NCBI RefSeq assembly: GCF_000738915.1
Contig: NW_026515638.1
Location: 456,882-520,881, forward strand
Source: Nematocida ausubeli
Taxonomy: Eukaryota
DNA length: 64,000 bases
Reading direction: 5' to 3'
Of this stretch, positions 53,788-64,000 are shown in pieces. Numbering within the stretch: the first letter of the stretch is position 1; each line of letters starts with the position of its first letter. The position numbers and the translations under genes are program-made. The notes under the pieces are model-generated. The model saw nothing but the letters and a program-made list of their open reading frames with translations, was not told where the DNA came from and searched no databases.

Positions 53788-56394
53788 ATGAAAGCAATAG
53801 TTAAGTTTTTTATTTATGCTATGACATTGCTAACCATAGGTATAGCTCTTGGCGTATACATATATAACAAAAAAATCCATTTAAAGAAAAATAATCTGCA
53901 GGGTAGTGGCTCTACTCCTAAACTGTTAGAAATCCCTTCAACTGTTAATAAAAATAGGGGAAACCCTACAGATCTAACTAATAATAGTACTCCTGCAGAT
54001 GATTTAAATAATTCACATAAGGACGAAAACTCAAATAGTTCATATGAGGATCAAAGCTCAAATAACGTATATGTGGAACGTGCAGCAGACAGTTCACATG
54101 AGGACTGTTCTGAAAATAATCCACATGAGGAACAAAGCTCAAATAGTCTATATGAGGACTGTAATAAAAATAATCCACCTGAGGAACGAAGCTCAAATAG
54201 TCTATATGTGGACTGTTCTGAAAATAATCCACATGAGGAACAAAGCTCAAATAGTCTATATGAGGACTGTAATAAAAGTACTTCTGCTAAAATGGAAGAG
54301 GATGATAACAAAATGGAATCTAGTGAAAACAACTCTACGCCTAAATCTATAGAAGAACAAAAGCAAGAACAGAAACCAGAGGGTTCTAGTACTACTGTTA
54401 ATCCGGTCTCAAATTTGTCTGGTAGTGAATCTAGTACCAAAGTCATTACAAAAGATGCTAGTCTAGAAACTATTATGGATACAGAGGTGCTTTCAGAAGA
54501 AAATTCCGAAACACAGCAGATTCCTTCAGAAGAAAATCCTAAAAAACAGGACGTGCCTTCAGAAGAAGATGAAGAAAGTGGTATGACTGAAGAAGAGGAG
54601 CTTAAAGATATGTTTGGAAAGATATGTACGACATATGGTAATGATTATATACCAGATGACTATATTAGTAACGAAGAAACTCAAAAAAATATTTTAAAGT
54701 GCTTTAATGAAGTTGTAATAGAGGAGGATTATAAAGATGACAAGCATAACCACATAACTTTGAAGGATCTTTTAATAGAATTAAGTAAGATACAAGAGAA
54801 AAGTAATGATATTTTACCTTTAGGCTTGAGATATGTGTCTTTTAAATGTTCACCTTTATTTAAAGAAGATAAGTATATGCATCGCTTGTTATTGGGCTAC
54901 TATAACAGGAAAAATGGCTCTCTAGATAAATTAAAAATAGAAGGCTTTNNNNNNNNNNNNNNNNNNNNNNNNNNNNNNNNNNNNNNNNNNNNNNNNNNNN
55001 NNNNNNNNNNNNNNNNNNNNNNNNNNNNNNNNNNNNNNNNNNNNNNNNCTTTATTTAAAGAAGATAAGTATATGCATCGCTTGTTATTGGGCTACTATAA
55101 CAGGAAAAATGGCTCTCTAGATAAATTAAAAATAGAAGGCTTTTCTCTAACAGATAAGGATTCTGGGGTTTTTTCCTTCAGTGAATTGCTACGCAATATA
55201 AAGAATCTCTGTCTTGAAAATACAGTGGTTTCTATCGATGCACTAAGAGCTATTTCTGAGATGAAGAATCTCCAAGTTTTAGAGCTTGGAAAACAAACTA
55301 AAATACTAGAAGACAGTACGCCTGAACTAAATTTGTCAAATATTCAGAAAATAGACATGCATGATATAGACAGCACGAGTGCACAGAAAATTCTTCAATC
55401 ATTGGGCCCAAGAGATAAATATTTAGAGCTTTATATAAGAAGCATTAATTTTATTCCAAGCTCTGTTATTAATAACATAAAGTGTCTAGACAAGATTAAA
55501 ATATTTGACCTTAGTAATACTGCCTTTGAAAAGGAGCCGGATTTCGGATTCTTAGAAAAAATGAAGAGCCTACATACTCTTAAACTATACAAAATCAGGT
55601 ACTCATCTACAGAAGAACTAAATGAAGAAAACATAAACGAAATACAAGAAAAAGTAGACCTTTTAAATCCTACTTTGCAACAACTAGATGAGAAAAATGA
55701 TTTGCCAAATAATGGAGTATCACTCTTGGTAGAAAACAACATGAAAATAGGAGCACAACTAACTGCATTGGATATTCATATTGATGGAAAGTTATACAAT
55801 GACTTAGGAATAAGCAAACTAAATGTTAAAGAGGAGGCTACTATAAATGTCATGTTTTGTAGTATTTTACAAGAAGATACTTCTTCAGCATATAGTATAA
55901 ATTTCAGCATTGATAAGAAGACTAAAATAGTGGAGATAAAACCATGTTTAGACGTAGAACCTTGCGAGGCAATTACTAATGCACTTCAGGGCATATCTTA
56001 TCCATTCACAGAGTGTTCAGATGTAGAAACTATATATATGCATATGGAAGGGGGACAAGGCGCCCAATTTAATTTTGCATATATGTTTTTAAGTAAAATA
56101 TTTGAGTACTCTGGGGATACAAACACTGTGAAGAATATATGTATTGAATCAAATAAGTTATACGAAATGAGTACAGATTCTTTTGAAATGTTTAGTGAGA
56201 AGTTTAAAGAAGTTTTGAGATTAGAATTAAAGAACATATCTCTAACTGTATCAGAGAAGTTCAAAGAAAATACTGAAACTGGCTTAGATAAACAAACAGG
56301 CACATCTTATGAAAAAGTCAATGATTCTACCAAAGACTATTTATTTGAAAGAAAATCTAAGACTGACAAGTTTGAAATGGTAAACCCGAAATAG
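53788..56394 (+). CDS. Lineage-specific signal-anchored LRR protein (paralogue B), spanning an assembly gap
   Basis: Paralogue of 11821-14073; about 803 aa after removing the gap and the 95-bp duplicate. Confidence 0.9.
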   Translation: MKAIVKFFIYAMTLLTIGIALGVYIYNKKIHLKKNNLQGSGSTPKLLEIPSTVNKNRGNPTDLTNNSTPADDLNNSHKDENSNSSYEDQSSNNVYVERAADSSHEDCSENNPHEEQSSNSLYEDCNKNNPPEERSSNSLYVDCSENNPHEEQSSNSLYEDCNKSTSAKMEEDDNKMESSENNSTPKSIEEQKQEQKPEGSSTTVNPVSNLSGSESSTKVITKDASLETIMDTEVLSEENSETQQIPSEENPKKQDVPSEEDEESGMTEEEELKDMFGKICTTYGNDYIPDDYISNEETQKNILKCFNEVVIEEDYKDDKHNHITLKDLLIELSKIQEKSNDILPLGLRYVSFKCSPLFKEDKYMHRLLLGYYNRKNGSLDKLKIEGFXXXXXXXXXXXXXXXXXXXXXXXXXXXXXXXXXXLFKEDKYMHRLLLGYYNRKNGSLDKLKIEGFSLTDKDSGVFSFSELLRNIKNLCLENTVVSIDALRAISEMKNLQVLELGKQTKILEDSTPELNLSNIQKIDMHDIDSTSAQKILQSLGPRDKYLELYIRSINFIPSSVINNIKCLDKIKIFDLSNTAFEKEPDFGFLEKMKSLHTLKLYKIRYSSTEELNEENINEIQEKVDLLNPTLQQLDEKNDLPNNGVSLLVENNMKIGAQLTALDIHIDGKLYNDLGISKLNVKEEATINVMFCSILQEDTSSAYSINFSIDKKTKIVEIKPCLDVEPCEAITNALQGISYPFTECSDVETIYMHMEGGQGAQFNFAYMFLSKIFEYSGDTNTVKNICIESNKLYEMSTDSFEMFSEKFKEVLRLELKNISLTVSEKFKENTETGLDKQTGTSYEKVNDSTKDYLFERKSKTDKFEMVNPK
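54100..54278 (+). repeat. Coding 54-bp (18-aa) tandem repeat, ~3.3 copies
   Basis: Units start at 54121, 54175 and 54229: CCACATGAGGAACAAAGCTCAAATAGTCTATATGAGGACTGT... (PHEEQSSNSLYEDCNKNN). Confidence 0.85.
54949..55048. other. Scaffold gap (100 N) with 95 bp duplicated on either side
   Basis: 54854-54948 is identical to 55049-55143. Confidence 0.95.
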
Positions 56395-56485
56395 AAGACT
56401 ATTTTCTTTGATCTGCGTGCGTATTATTGTAGGTTCTTCTGGCATATGCTAATATACATGTCCTTGCAAAATCATAATGGTTTCT

Positions 56486-56713
56486 GGTTTTCTCCTCCTT
56501 GAGGGGATGAAACCTCCTTCTGGCTCAGCAGCGTAGAGAGTATGGATTATACTTTGTATCTTTCTGAGTTACTTCCCTCCGCGTTTGCAATGATTATTTT
56601 TTTCGTATGGGCATAGTGCTGGTTGTAGTTCCGAACTATTATTATAAATGGAGGCGAGAAATAAATCATCTTTAATTTAGTATGACTAAGCTTAATGCTT
56701 ATTTAGGAAGGCT
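56486..56713 (+). mobile_element. Diverged copy of MITE-like element
   Basis: GGTTTTCTCCTCCTTGAGGGGATGAAACC start; TATAAATGGAGGCGAGAAATAAATCATC...TAGTATGA; ends GGCT. Confidence 0.6.
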
Positions 56714-57090
56714 CAGTTATGGTGATATTTTTGTGCACGAGAAACATTTATTGAGCTCTTGAGGATGTCTTTGCTGTAGTTATTAGTATGCCTATCTACG
56801 CCATTTTGTTCTATGTGTCCTTTTTGAACGCATATATTGTTTATATCTATCTTACAATTGCTTGTTGCGAATGGTTCTGTTGCAATCATTTTATTTTAAA
56901 CACTCTCTACTCTTAGATCTCTTTAAAGGAAACTAGTAATTTTTCTGCATACTCTTTATTTTAAAACTATACAGTACATGCCTATAATAATTGAATGATT
57001 TTATGTTATGTTACAGAGTATAATATATAATATTAAAACTATCTCACTCTGTATCGTTGTGCGAATGCTTGACAAGCATGTAAATGTCAG

Positions 57091-57399
57091 CTACTCTCTC
57101 CATGTGTGCTTACACTGTGTACATGTGTTAAATATGGTCATTGGCTCATCTGCACTTCTTGTTTGCATCTGGTAGTAATTGGCAGTTTCACATGAGCACT
57201 CTGGGCAGAGAGTATTCCTTTCTGGAAGTTCGTTTGGCTTGGCCTGCTCTACCAACTCAATCTTTGGAGAGAGCTTGGTTCGGGTTCTAAATATGCCTGG
57301 TACTTCCTTTCTATAGTTGCACTCTTCACAGTGGAATATGCTTCTAGAATTTATTATCTCAACGGACAAGCGATTCATGCATTTATTGCAGAACGACAT
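57091..57399 (-). CDS. RPC11: RNA polymerase III subunit C11
   Basis: FCxxCxNxL, CxxCxY, CPEC, QMQTRSADEPMTIF, CxxCxHTWRE. Confidence 0.9.
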   Translation of the reverse strand: MSFCNKCMNRLSVEIINSRSIFHCEECNYRKEVPGIFRTRTKLSPKIELVEQAKPNELPERNTLCPECSCETANYYQMQTRSADEPMTIFNTCTQCKHTWRE

Positions 57400-58027
57400 T
57401 CTTCTCTTTTTTTAAAATATTTTGTATAAGTGTATAAAATACTCTGTCTACATTAACATGTTTCTTTGCTGAGGTGTAAACTATTTCTATTTCTTTAATT
57501 TCTATACTGCTATTGTTTTTTGGGGCCTTTCTGTTTTCTGCCTCTGCCATAAAGTCAAAACTCGGAGCCTGCTCGCCCTTTATCTCACTTTTAACTATCT
57601 GTATGTACTTAGTGCCCTGTGCCTCTGCTACACTTAAGTCATCACATTTGTTTGATGCGCACAAAAACTCTGTGTCTTGCAAAGTTGGATGGCTTACAGT
57701 GCTTTCAATAATACTTTTATACTCCTCTGTTCCATATGTATCATACACGAAAAGCACACCATCTACACCAGAGTAGTATGTGTCCCAATATGCACGTATT
57801 GACTTTTGTCCTCCTATATCTAATATTTCCAGATGATACTTGGTTTCTTCTATTTCTCTCTCTGTCTTTATTATCTGGTATCCATACGTAGGCTCAATGT
57901 CAGCTATATTCTGGTTTAGATATGCCTGTAGAAGAGATGTTTTTCCTGCATTGTCTGGGCCTAGTATAACTATCTTTAGTCTTTTGTCTTTCGCGAGAAC
58001 TTTCTTTATTACAGAAGCAAATCGCAT
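57383..58027 (-). CDS. ARL2: ARF-like GTPase ARL2 (Cin4/Alp41-type)
   Basis: MRFASVIKKVLAKDKRLKIVILGPDNAGKT, EPTYG, DIGGQKSIRAYW, NKCD, TSAK. Start at 58027 preferred by analogy with the ARL2 N-terminus; ATG 58057 is the alternative. Confidence 0.8.
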   Translation of the reverse strand: MRFASVIKKVLAKDKRLKIVILGPDNAGKTSLLQAYLNQNIADIEPTYGYQIIKTEREIEETKYHLEILDIGGQKSIRAYWDTYYSGVDGVLFVYDTYGTEEYKSIIESTVSHPTLQDTEFLCASNKCDDLSVAEAQGTKYIQIVKSEIKGEQAPSFDFMAEAENRKAPKNNSSIEIKEIEIVYTSAKKHVNVDRVFYTLIQNILKKEKNVVLQ

Positions 58028-58842
58028 ATAGCACAAAAATAGAAATATTTTGGACATTTATAGAATGTAAAAAGATGCTTACCGCTTTATGCACAATGGA
58101 AAAAAGATGTTTAGTTGGCACAGATGAGCATTGCTATTTTAGTGCACATGCAGCACAGTAAATAATCAGAAGCTAGCATATAAAGCTGTTCCAATACTAA
58201 GCGGACTTCTGCATGTTGGCTAAGCTAATGAAAGTGTGTATACATATACTTAGTATTACTATGCATTTAAATGCTGTATCTGGCTAATATGTATAGCTAG
58301 ACAATGCTTTGCGTAGATGCTACTCTTAGCTATGCAAAAAATGGCTATTTACTTAATATTCTACGTGGGACTTGGCATATTCAAGTATAGACCAGCTATA
58401 CAGGTGTTTGAACTGCACAGCCTCAAAATTGCCACTTCTATGCATTGCTAACACTTAAACTTTAGCTAGTATATGCACGCTGCCACATGCTTGACTCTTC
58501 TACTAACTATGTTACATGCATGCATCTGCATAGGTATATATGCTCATAGCTTATTATTTTTTCTATTTGCATTCCTAAAGTATATAAATCTTATGATGCG
58601 GTAGGGATAAACTAACTTTATAGCTATCAATTCTATTCATATATAAAATATATTTCTAGTAAGTGCAGAAAGTTATCCTCATTAAATGTATTTCTTTAGA
58701 CAAGAGGGTAGGGTATTGTTATTTATTTGTGCTGGTATGCTCAAAGAAAAAGTTGCATGCAAAGGAAAACACTTATAATACGCTTTTCTATAGAAAAGCT
58801 AGCATGTTGATATTATTTTAATTTTTATGCAAAGCGCTGAGG

Positions 58843-59829
58843 ATGAAGACTTTAAATATTGAATGTGCATTTCTATACCTTAAGCTGGCCTCTTTGCTAA
58901 GAAAAACAAAGACATCCTTTATAACAGGCGCAGGTATTTCTACATCTGCAGGCATTCCAGACTTTAGATCAGAGAACGGCCTGTTTAAAGAGATTAAAAA
59001 GAAGTATGGATATTCAGGGGAAGACATATTTACATACTCAATAGTGCATGGCAATGAGCAGGCTATGGAGATATACATAGACTTAATTTCAAGGCTAAAA
59101 ACAGCACTTGCCACTGTTCTCCCCACCCCTACACATAAAATGCTTACGCATGTACAGAGAATGCACAAATCAACCATATACACACAGAACATTGATGGAT
59201 TGGAGCAGAAGGCTGGGATATCAGAAAACATACATTATCTTCATGGAAGCTTAGAAAATCTGCTTTGCACACACTGCCACCACTGCACTCCATATATTCT
59301 TGAATATGATCTGGCTAAGAGAATTAAATGCACAGTATGCGTAAAAAGAAATGCCAAGCGGATAGAGGAAGGGAAAAGACGCTGTCCCATCGGGACTCTT
59401 CTTCCAGACATTGTGCTGTATGGAGGGCCGCATGATACTTTTAAAACAGCGGAGGCAGTCACTAAAGAAAAAGATACATCGCTGCTTATTGTCATGGGCA
59501 CTAGCTTGAAGGTATATGGAGTGAAAAATCTGCTCAAAACACTAAGTAAGACAGTTAAGACCAATCAAGGGATTAGAGTGTATGTGGGGATTGAGCCACC
59601 TGCTAAGCCTATGCAGATTTACTTTGACTACTGGATAGAAGGAAAATGCGATGTCTTTTCAGATTTGCTAATGGATGCAATTCACGGACCAATGCTTCTT
59701 AAGCAGATGCATAAAGTCAACAAAATGGATGGAGTTATTGAGTCTTTACGAAGGCTATCCATTGACCCAAAGTTTGACCCAACACTCTCGTATAGGCCTA
59801 TATGCACATCCAAAAACATAAAAAGTTAA
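58843..59829 (+). CDS. NAD-dependent deacetylase, Sir2 family, Hst3/Hst4-like
   Basis: GAGISTSAGIPDFRS, YTQNIDGLE, LHGSL, two CxxC, R...GKR...IG.L.PDIVLYG, GTSLKVYGVK. Confidence 0.9.
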   Translation: MKTLNIECAFLYLKLASLLRKTKTSFITGAGISTSAGIPDFRSENGLFKEIKKKYGYSGEDIFTYSIVHGNEQAMEIYIDLISRLKTALATVLPTPTHKMLTHVQRMHKSTIYTQNIDGLEQKAGISENIHYLHGSLENLLCTHCHHCTPYILEYDLAKRIKCTVCVKRNAKRIEEGKRRCPIGTLLPDIVLYGGPHDTFKTAEAVTKEKDTSLLIVMGTSLKVYGVKNLLKTLSKTVKTNQGIRVYVGIEPPAKPMQIYFDYWIEGKCDVFSDLLMDAIHGPMLLKQMHKVNKMDGVIESLRRLSIDPKFDPTLSYRPICTSKNIKS

Positions 59830-60128
59830 TAGGTTCAGTGTGCACAGAGCATATTCGTTTGCTTTAGAGCATTTGCCAAAATTCTTATGCACATAAAAGG
59901 CGCATAGCATTATGTGAGTGTCATATTAGTGCTTTATAATTATGTAGATTTTGATAGCTCTAAATAAATGGACTATTAAAGGGCATATAATAATCCTGGA
60001 CTGTCTAATAATAAAGTTTGTATGTGATTTATTTTCTGCCTGCGATTGGCTTTTGTTTATTTCTTAGTCTATAAAGTCTACCCTGGCTTAGTATTTTCAG
60101 ATTAATTTCTGTCTTTTGTAAATATTTT

Positions 60129-61172
60129 ATGAACTTGCGGTTTAGCATTGATGCTTTACAAATGCTCATTGCGTTTAAAGCCTCGAAGGATATCTTCCCA
60201 AGCAAAACTCTGATGAATCTTTTCAGTGATTTGCTACCTATACATGAGAACACCTGCTTGCTGTCATTCTTGACGGAGAGCGCGTATGAATATTTTTATA
60301 GCTGCAGACATGAAAGCATCCCAACTAAAGAGGAGTTCATGGAGTGGACAAAAAAGTGGATAGAAACCACCCATGCAAGGGTCCTCAAAACTGAGCTATC
60401 TAGATACAAGCCAAGCGATCAGCAGGTAGGAATAGCGAATGCATCACAGTCTGTGCTCCAAAAGCATTTTGTTGTTATAGATAACAATGAAATCAGCAAA
60501 AGCAGCGTATCATATAAAGCCAGAAGAAAGCTAATTGATACTCTGAAAAGCGACCAGAAAGAGAATAACCCTGCTATCAAAAGAGCGCGAGTATCCTTGT
60601 CAGAGGACATACTGAAGTGCCCCAAGAAGAAGCCACTAAATGGGTCAACGCAGCCTCCAACTAAGGTGCCCCCATCTGAAGAGCACAAAACAGCAAAAAC
60701 CAATCTTCTTTCGTTCATGACAAAGAGAAGTGGCGAAAAGGCCGGGCTGCTCACAAACGGCCTGTCTATAAAATACCCAGGTAGATTCTATGGAAAAGTG
60801 ACTACAATACGGCTCTGCAAAGAGATAAGCAAGCCTGTGCGAATGGTGTTTTATCAGATACATGGACAAATTCGGCCATCCTTCTATGCAGTCAAGCCAA
60901 GCACATATGCCCCAAATATTTTACACACAAGAAACACAATACGAAAAATACTTCAGCCAGAGGAGTATTTATACGATTCAGAAGAAGAGTGGATTGAAGA
61001 GGATGGAGAAAGTATAGATAAAGAGTCAGAGGAAAGCGATGACGATGAGTCTGGAAATGCAGAATGGGTAGAAGAAGATACAAACACGCCCTTTTTTAGC
61101 AAAGGACAGCTTCCAGAAATTGACTATCCACTGCTCACTGTTCTAACTGTGGATGAGTCAACGTTAGAGTAG
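60129..61172 (+). CDS. Chromatin assembly factor 1 large subunit (Cac1/p150)-like
   Basis: FYQIHGQIRPSFY...EYLYDSEEEWIEEDGESID matches the CAF1A RP.Y / YxYDSDxEWEE pattern; possible PIP-like segment TNLLSFM. Confidence 0.7.
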   Translation: MNLRFSIDALQMLIAFKASKDIFPSKTLMNLFSDLLPIHENTCLLSFLTESAYEYFYSCRHESIPTKEEFMEWTKKWIETTHARVLKTELSRYKPSDQQVGIANASQSVLQKHFVVIDNNEISKSSVSYKARRKLIDTLKSDQKENNPAIKRARVSLSEDILKCPKKKPLNGSTQPPTKVPPSEEHKTAKTNLLSFMTKRSGEKAGLLTNGLSIKYPGRFYGKVTTIRLCKEISKPVRMVFYQIHGQIRPSFYAVKPSTYAPNILHTRNTIRKILQPEEYLYDSEEEWIEEDGESIDKESEESDDDESGNAEWVEEDTNTPFFSKGQLPEIDYPLLTVLTVDESTLE

Positions 61173-62073
61173 CGAACTGACTGCTAAAGCATCATAAATA
61201 AGTAAATTATCAAAATTGTTAGTATTCAGATGCTTATATACTTCTGTATATCAAATTTGAAAGAGGTATTCTCTTCAACTCTACTTGTTTTAAGCTTTTA
61301 TGCACAAAAGAGCTTTTTATTACATTCTTATTTATAGCAGAGAAGATTTCTATAAATATAGCTCTAAATTGTGCAGTAAATAGAAAGCACCAGTGATTTA
61401 TGAAAACTGCAGCTAGCTATTAAATAGCTATACATGTCATTACTTTGTCACTATGTCTCTTGCATACAAGATTTAAGTCTCTATGCATATCTGTATTTTC
61501 ATGCAGTATCCTTTGATATGTAGTTTGAAGGCGCAGCAGAATTCTCTTACAAATATATACTAAATGAACAAGCACACGCTTGCATCCATAATAATGTTTA
61601 GCACAAAGTGCATAAAAATCTTTTGTACTTAAACTCTCTTTGAAAGCTCTTTCAATAGAGGAAGAGTTAATTGGATGCGCCCATGAAGATTAAAATGATA
61701 GACTCTTGTAATAGAGGTTTAGACACTAAACGCTTTGTGTGCTGATGTACTGTGGCATGGAGCATATATAATGCAGCGCGCTTTCTTCATGCTTCTGCTT
61801 TTGCTCTAGCTCTTTTAATACGTATATAAACTTGCTAATTCTGGTTAAGAAAAAATATATAGTTCCGAAAGTACTAATGGCTGGGCCGCCCAAGACATAT
61901 TTTAGCTGTTCTTGGTATGAAAATATAGCCCATGTGATCTGAATAAACATTTATTAAGTTTTCTTATAAGTATCTCACTACAAAGCCTTACTAATAACCT
62001 TATGTTATGAAAGACGCATGTAGATAAAAGAATAAGCAGCTCTAACAAATGGCATCCAGTGCACTCCAGTTAA

Positions 62074-62508
62074 TTAATAATAGTTTGAGTTTCTTGTCTG
62101 TCCCTCGCGAAGGCGCTTTATTCCCTCTATGCCATCCATATCCTCAATAACCCAACTTCTTAGATCTTTCCACTTCTGTGGCTTTACTGTTAGCCGCACC
62201 CACCACTGGCTGATTTCTCCTTTTGCCTCCTGTGCAAAGATATCAATCCTTTCTGAGTCTATCTCAGTTCTTGCTTCAATCTTAGATAGGAATGCAATGA
62301 TATGTGGCTTTCTGTCATATTGTCCAGAGTATGGAGCTGCACTCACCCAAGTCTCTTCTAGCTCTGTTATCTTTGCCTCCTCGTCTGAAATATCATCATT
62401 TTTGGGGGCCTCTGTAGCTTTTAGAGCCTTTTTTCCTACTGTGAACTTCTTAATAGCAGTCTTTATTTTTTTCCGCATACTATGTGTGCTTTTCTTTGTT
62501 TCAGTCAT
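62074..62508 (-). pseudogene. Truncated Gag-like (LTR retrotransposon capsid) ORF
   Basis: APYSGQ....FLSKIE....KGEISQWW......W..L resembles the P.F.G / FL..E / L.G.A..WW capsid pattern; no pol or LTR seen. Confidence 0.45.
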
Positions 62509-64000
62509 ATCTTATTTTTAATTTCTTATTTTTAATCTCTAAGAAAATCCATATCAAACTTTACTGCGCTCTATGTTTATATGTAATTAAAGGAAAATTT
62601 CTCGAAAATTAAATAATAATAATTTTAATGATTTCATTGTGTGATGTTTCTATGTATGCATAGTACTTCATCTACATAGCTTTCTTCTTAAATCAATCAC
62701 AATTACACATTCAACTGCAGCATATGAAGTATATGTGTTTTTCTGTGCTTCCACAGATTTTTAAGTTTTATAAATAGGGTATTTTCCCGTGTTCTTCATG
62801 TGTTGCATATGCTGATACAATTCTCACTATTCTATTCTCTATTTTTTAATTTTCTATTCTTACTACTTTATTATTGTAGTAAAAATATAAAGCAGTGAAT
62901 AAAATGCATGCATACGCCTACATAAAAAATATCTAAGTGAGCATATATTTGAGTTGCAATATTTATTTGCATTATAGAATGTAATTTATTTTGGGTGTGG
63001 TATTTCTGTCATTTGCGAAGATACAAAATACAAGAACACTCAAGAATGCATACAGCATATATAGCAGTAAATAATACTTTGAAGAGATCAGTTCTTCGCA
63101 CACCAAAATGGTGTTCCTATTAGGCCACTATATTCTGGCTAAGGGCCTTCTATTTCCTAGCACGTTATACATAAGTATCTGCTAACTATTATTAAGAATT
63201 CATATGTTGCTTGAAATCATTGCTAAATTCTCCATATCTATTTTTTCTTATTGGAGTGCGATAAGGGAGAAAGCGTCATAGCCTAGAAGTAATAACCCAA
63301 TAAGGATAACATCTTGTTTAAAGAAGAAATTTTATTCATATCTTGCGTCTATCGCTGGGATTGTTGTTTCTGACTTTGCAGAATCGTATATTTCTTTATA
63401 GTCAGAGTCTGATTTCGAGATGGTGAAGATTTTGCCATCGCTATCTTTTTGCTTTAGGACCCCCTGTTGATATAACCAAAATTTCCGAAGGAATGGTAAT
63501 TTTGACACACTTATCTACTTCAATAATCAAGATTTTTTACTTGATGAGAATCCTTCCCTTTATTAAAACACCTAGACCAAGAAATTTCTTTTTCCTGCAT
63601 AAAACTTTCTGTTTTTTTCCATAATTTGGCACTGTGTATTAACTTTTTGGTTTTACTTCAAATATGTGTTTATATTTATTAAAATATTTGAACTTTTCAA
63701 CTCTCTTCATGCATTATAAGTAGTTCTACAAAATGGCCCTGTATGTTTAGTATATGCAGCATACTGGTAAGTAAAATTTGCAGCCCATAGCAATACTAGT
63801 GAAATGACATACTAAGTCTTATGATTATGTATAGAAATTCGATAATTGACAAGCCCTAGTGCTGTAATGTCTTTCGTATATATTTTTTCATACACATATC
63901 CCTGAAATCTATTCCATCTGGTCGCCTAGCCTCTATTATTTTCTTTTTATTTATAAACTCTTCTATTTCTATACGCCTATTTTTTTAAAAAATAAAGTAT

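Noticed and set aside
54854..55143. Apparent internal duplication of LFKEDKYMHRLLLGYYNRKNGSLDKLKIEGF
   Set aside because: An exact 95-bp repeat on both sides of a 100-N gap, single in paralogue A; an unmerged contig overlap.
63150..63620. Coding-looking minus-strand segment
   Set aside because: Frames are interrupted and no recognisable motif is present; a pseudogene call cannot be supported.
1..64000. CRISPR arrays, rRNA, tRNA, prokaryotic operons or defence systems
   Set aside because: None seen; the sequence is eukaryotic and no regularly spaced repeat-spacer array was found.

Overview
Eukaryotic, apparently intron-free, AT-rich genomic DNA from a microsporidian, most likely Nematocida. 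The evidence is compact divergent fungal-type housekeeping genes plus a NemLGF-type secreted family gene. About 26 credible CDSs are present. Conserved genes include Loa1/Vps66, Ipa1/UBE3D, Brx1, Utp22, an M1 aminopeptidase, CCT5, STT3, cytosolic Hsp70, MCM6, Spt16, an Itc1-like protein, Mon2, glutaredoxin, RPC11, ARL2, an Hst3/4 sirtuin and a CAF-1 p150-like protein. There are also several lineage-specific secreted or membrane paralogue families and a Gag-like remnant. A 100-N scaffold gap duplicates 95 bp inside one gene. Most interesting are: (1) a GC-rich, highly structured ~500-nt intergenic element at ~30.8-31.3 kb that looks like a plus-strand ncRNA and carries CUAACCCU 8 nt downstream of a domain-closing helix (candidate telomerase RNA, unproven); (2) a ~290-bp MITE-like dispersed family with target-site duplications and an empty-site comparison inside the window; (3) an apparently catalytically intact STT3 in a group often described as lacking N-glycosylation; (4) perfect heat-shock elements upstream of an Hsp70 with a degenerate EEVD tail. 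All calls come from reading motifs by eye; no searches or folding programs were run.
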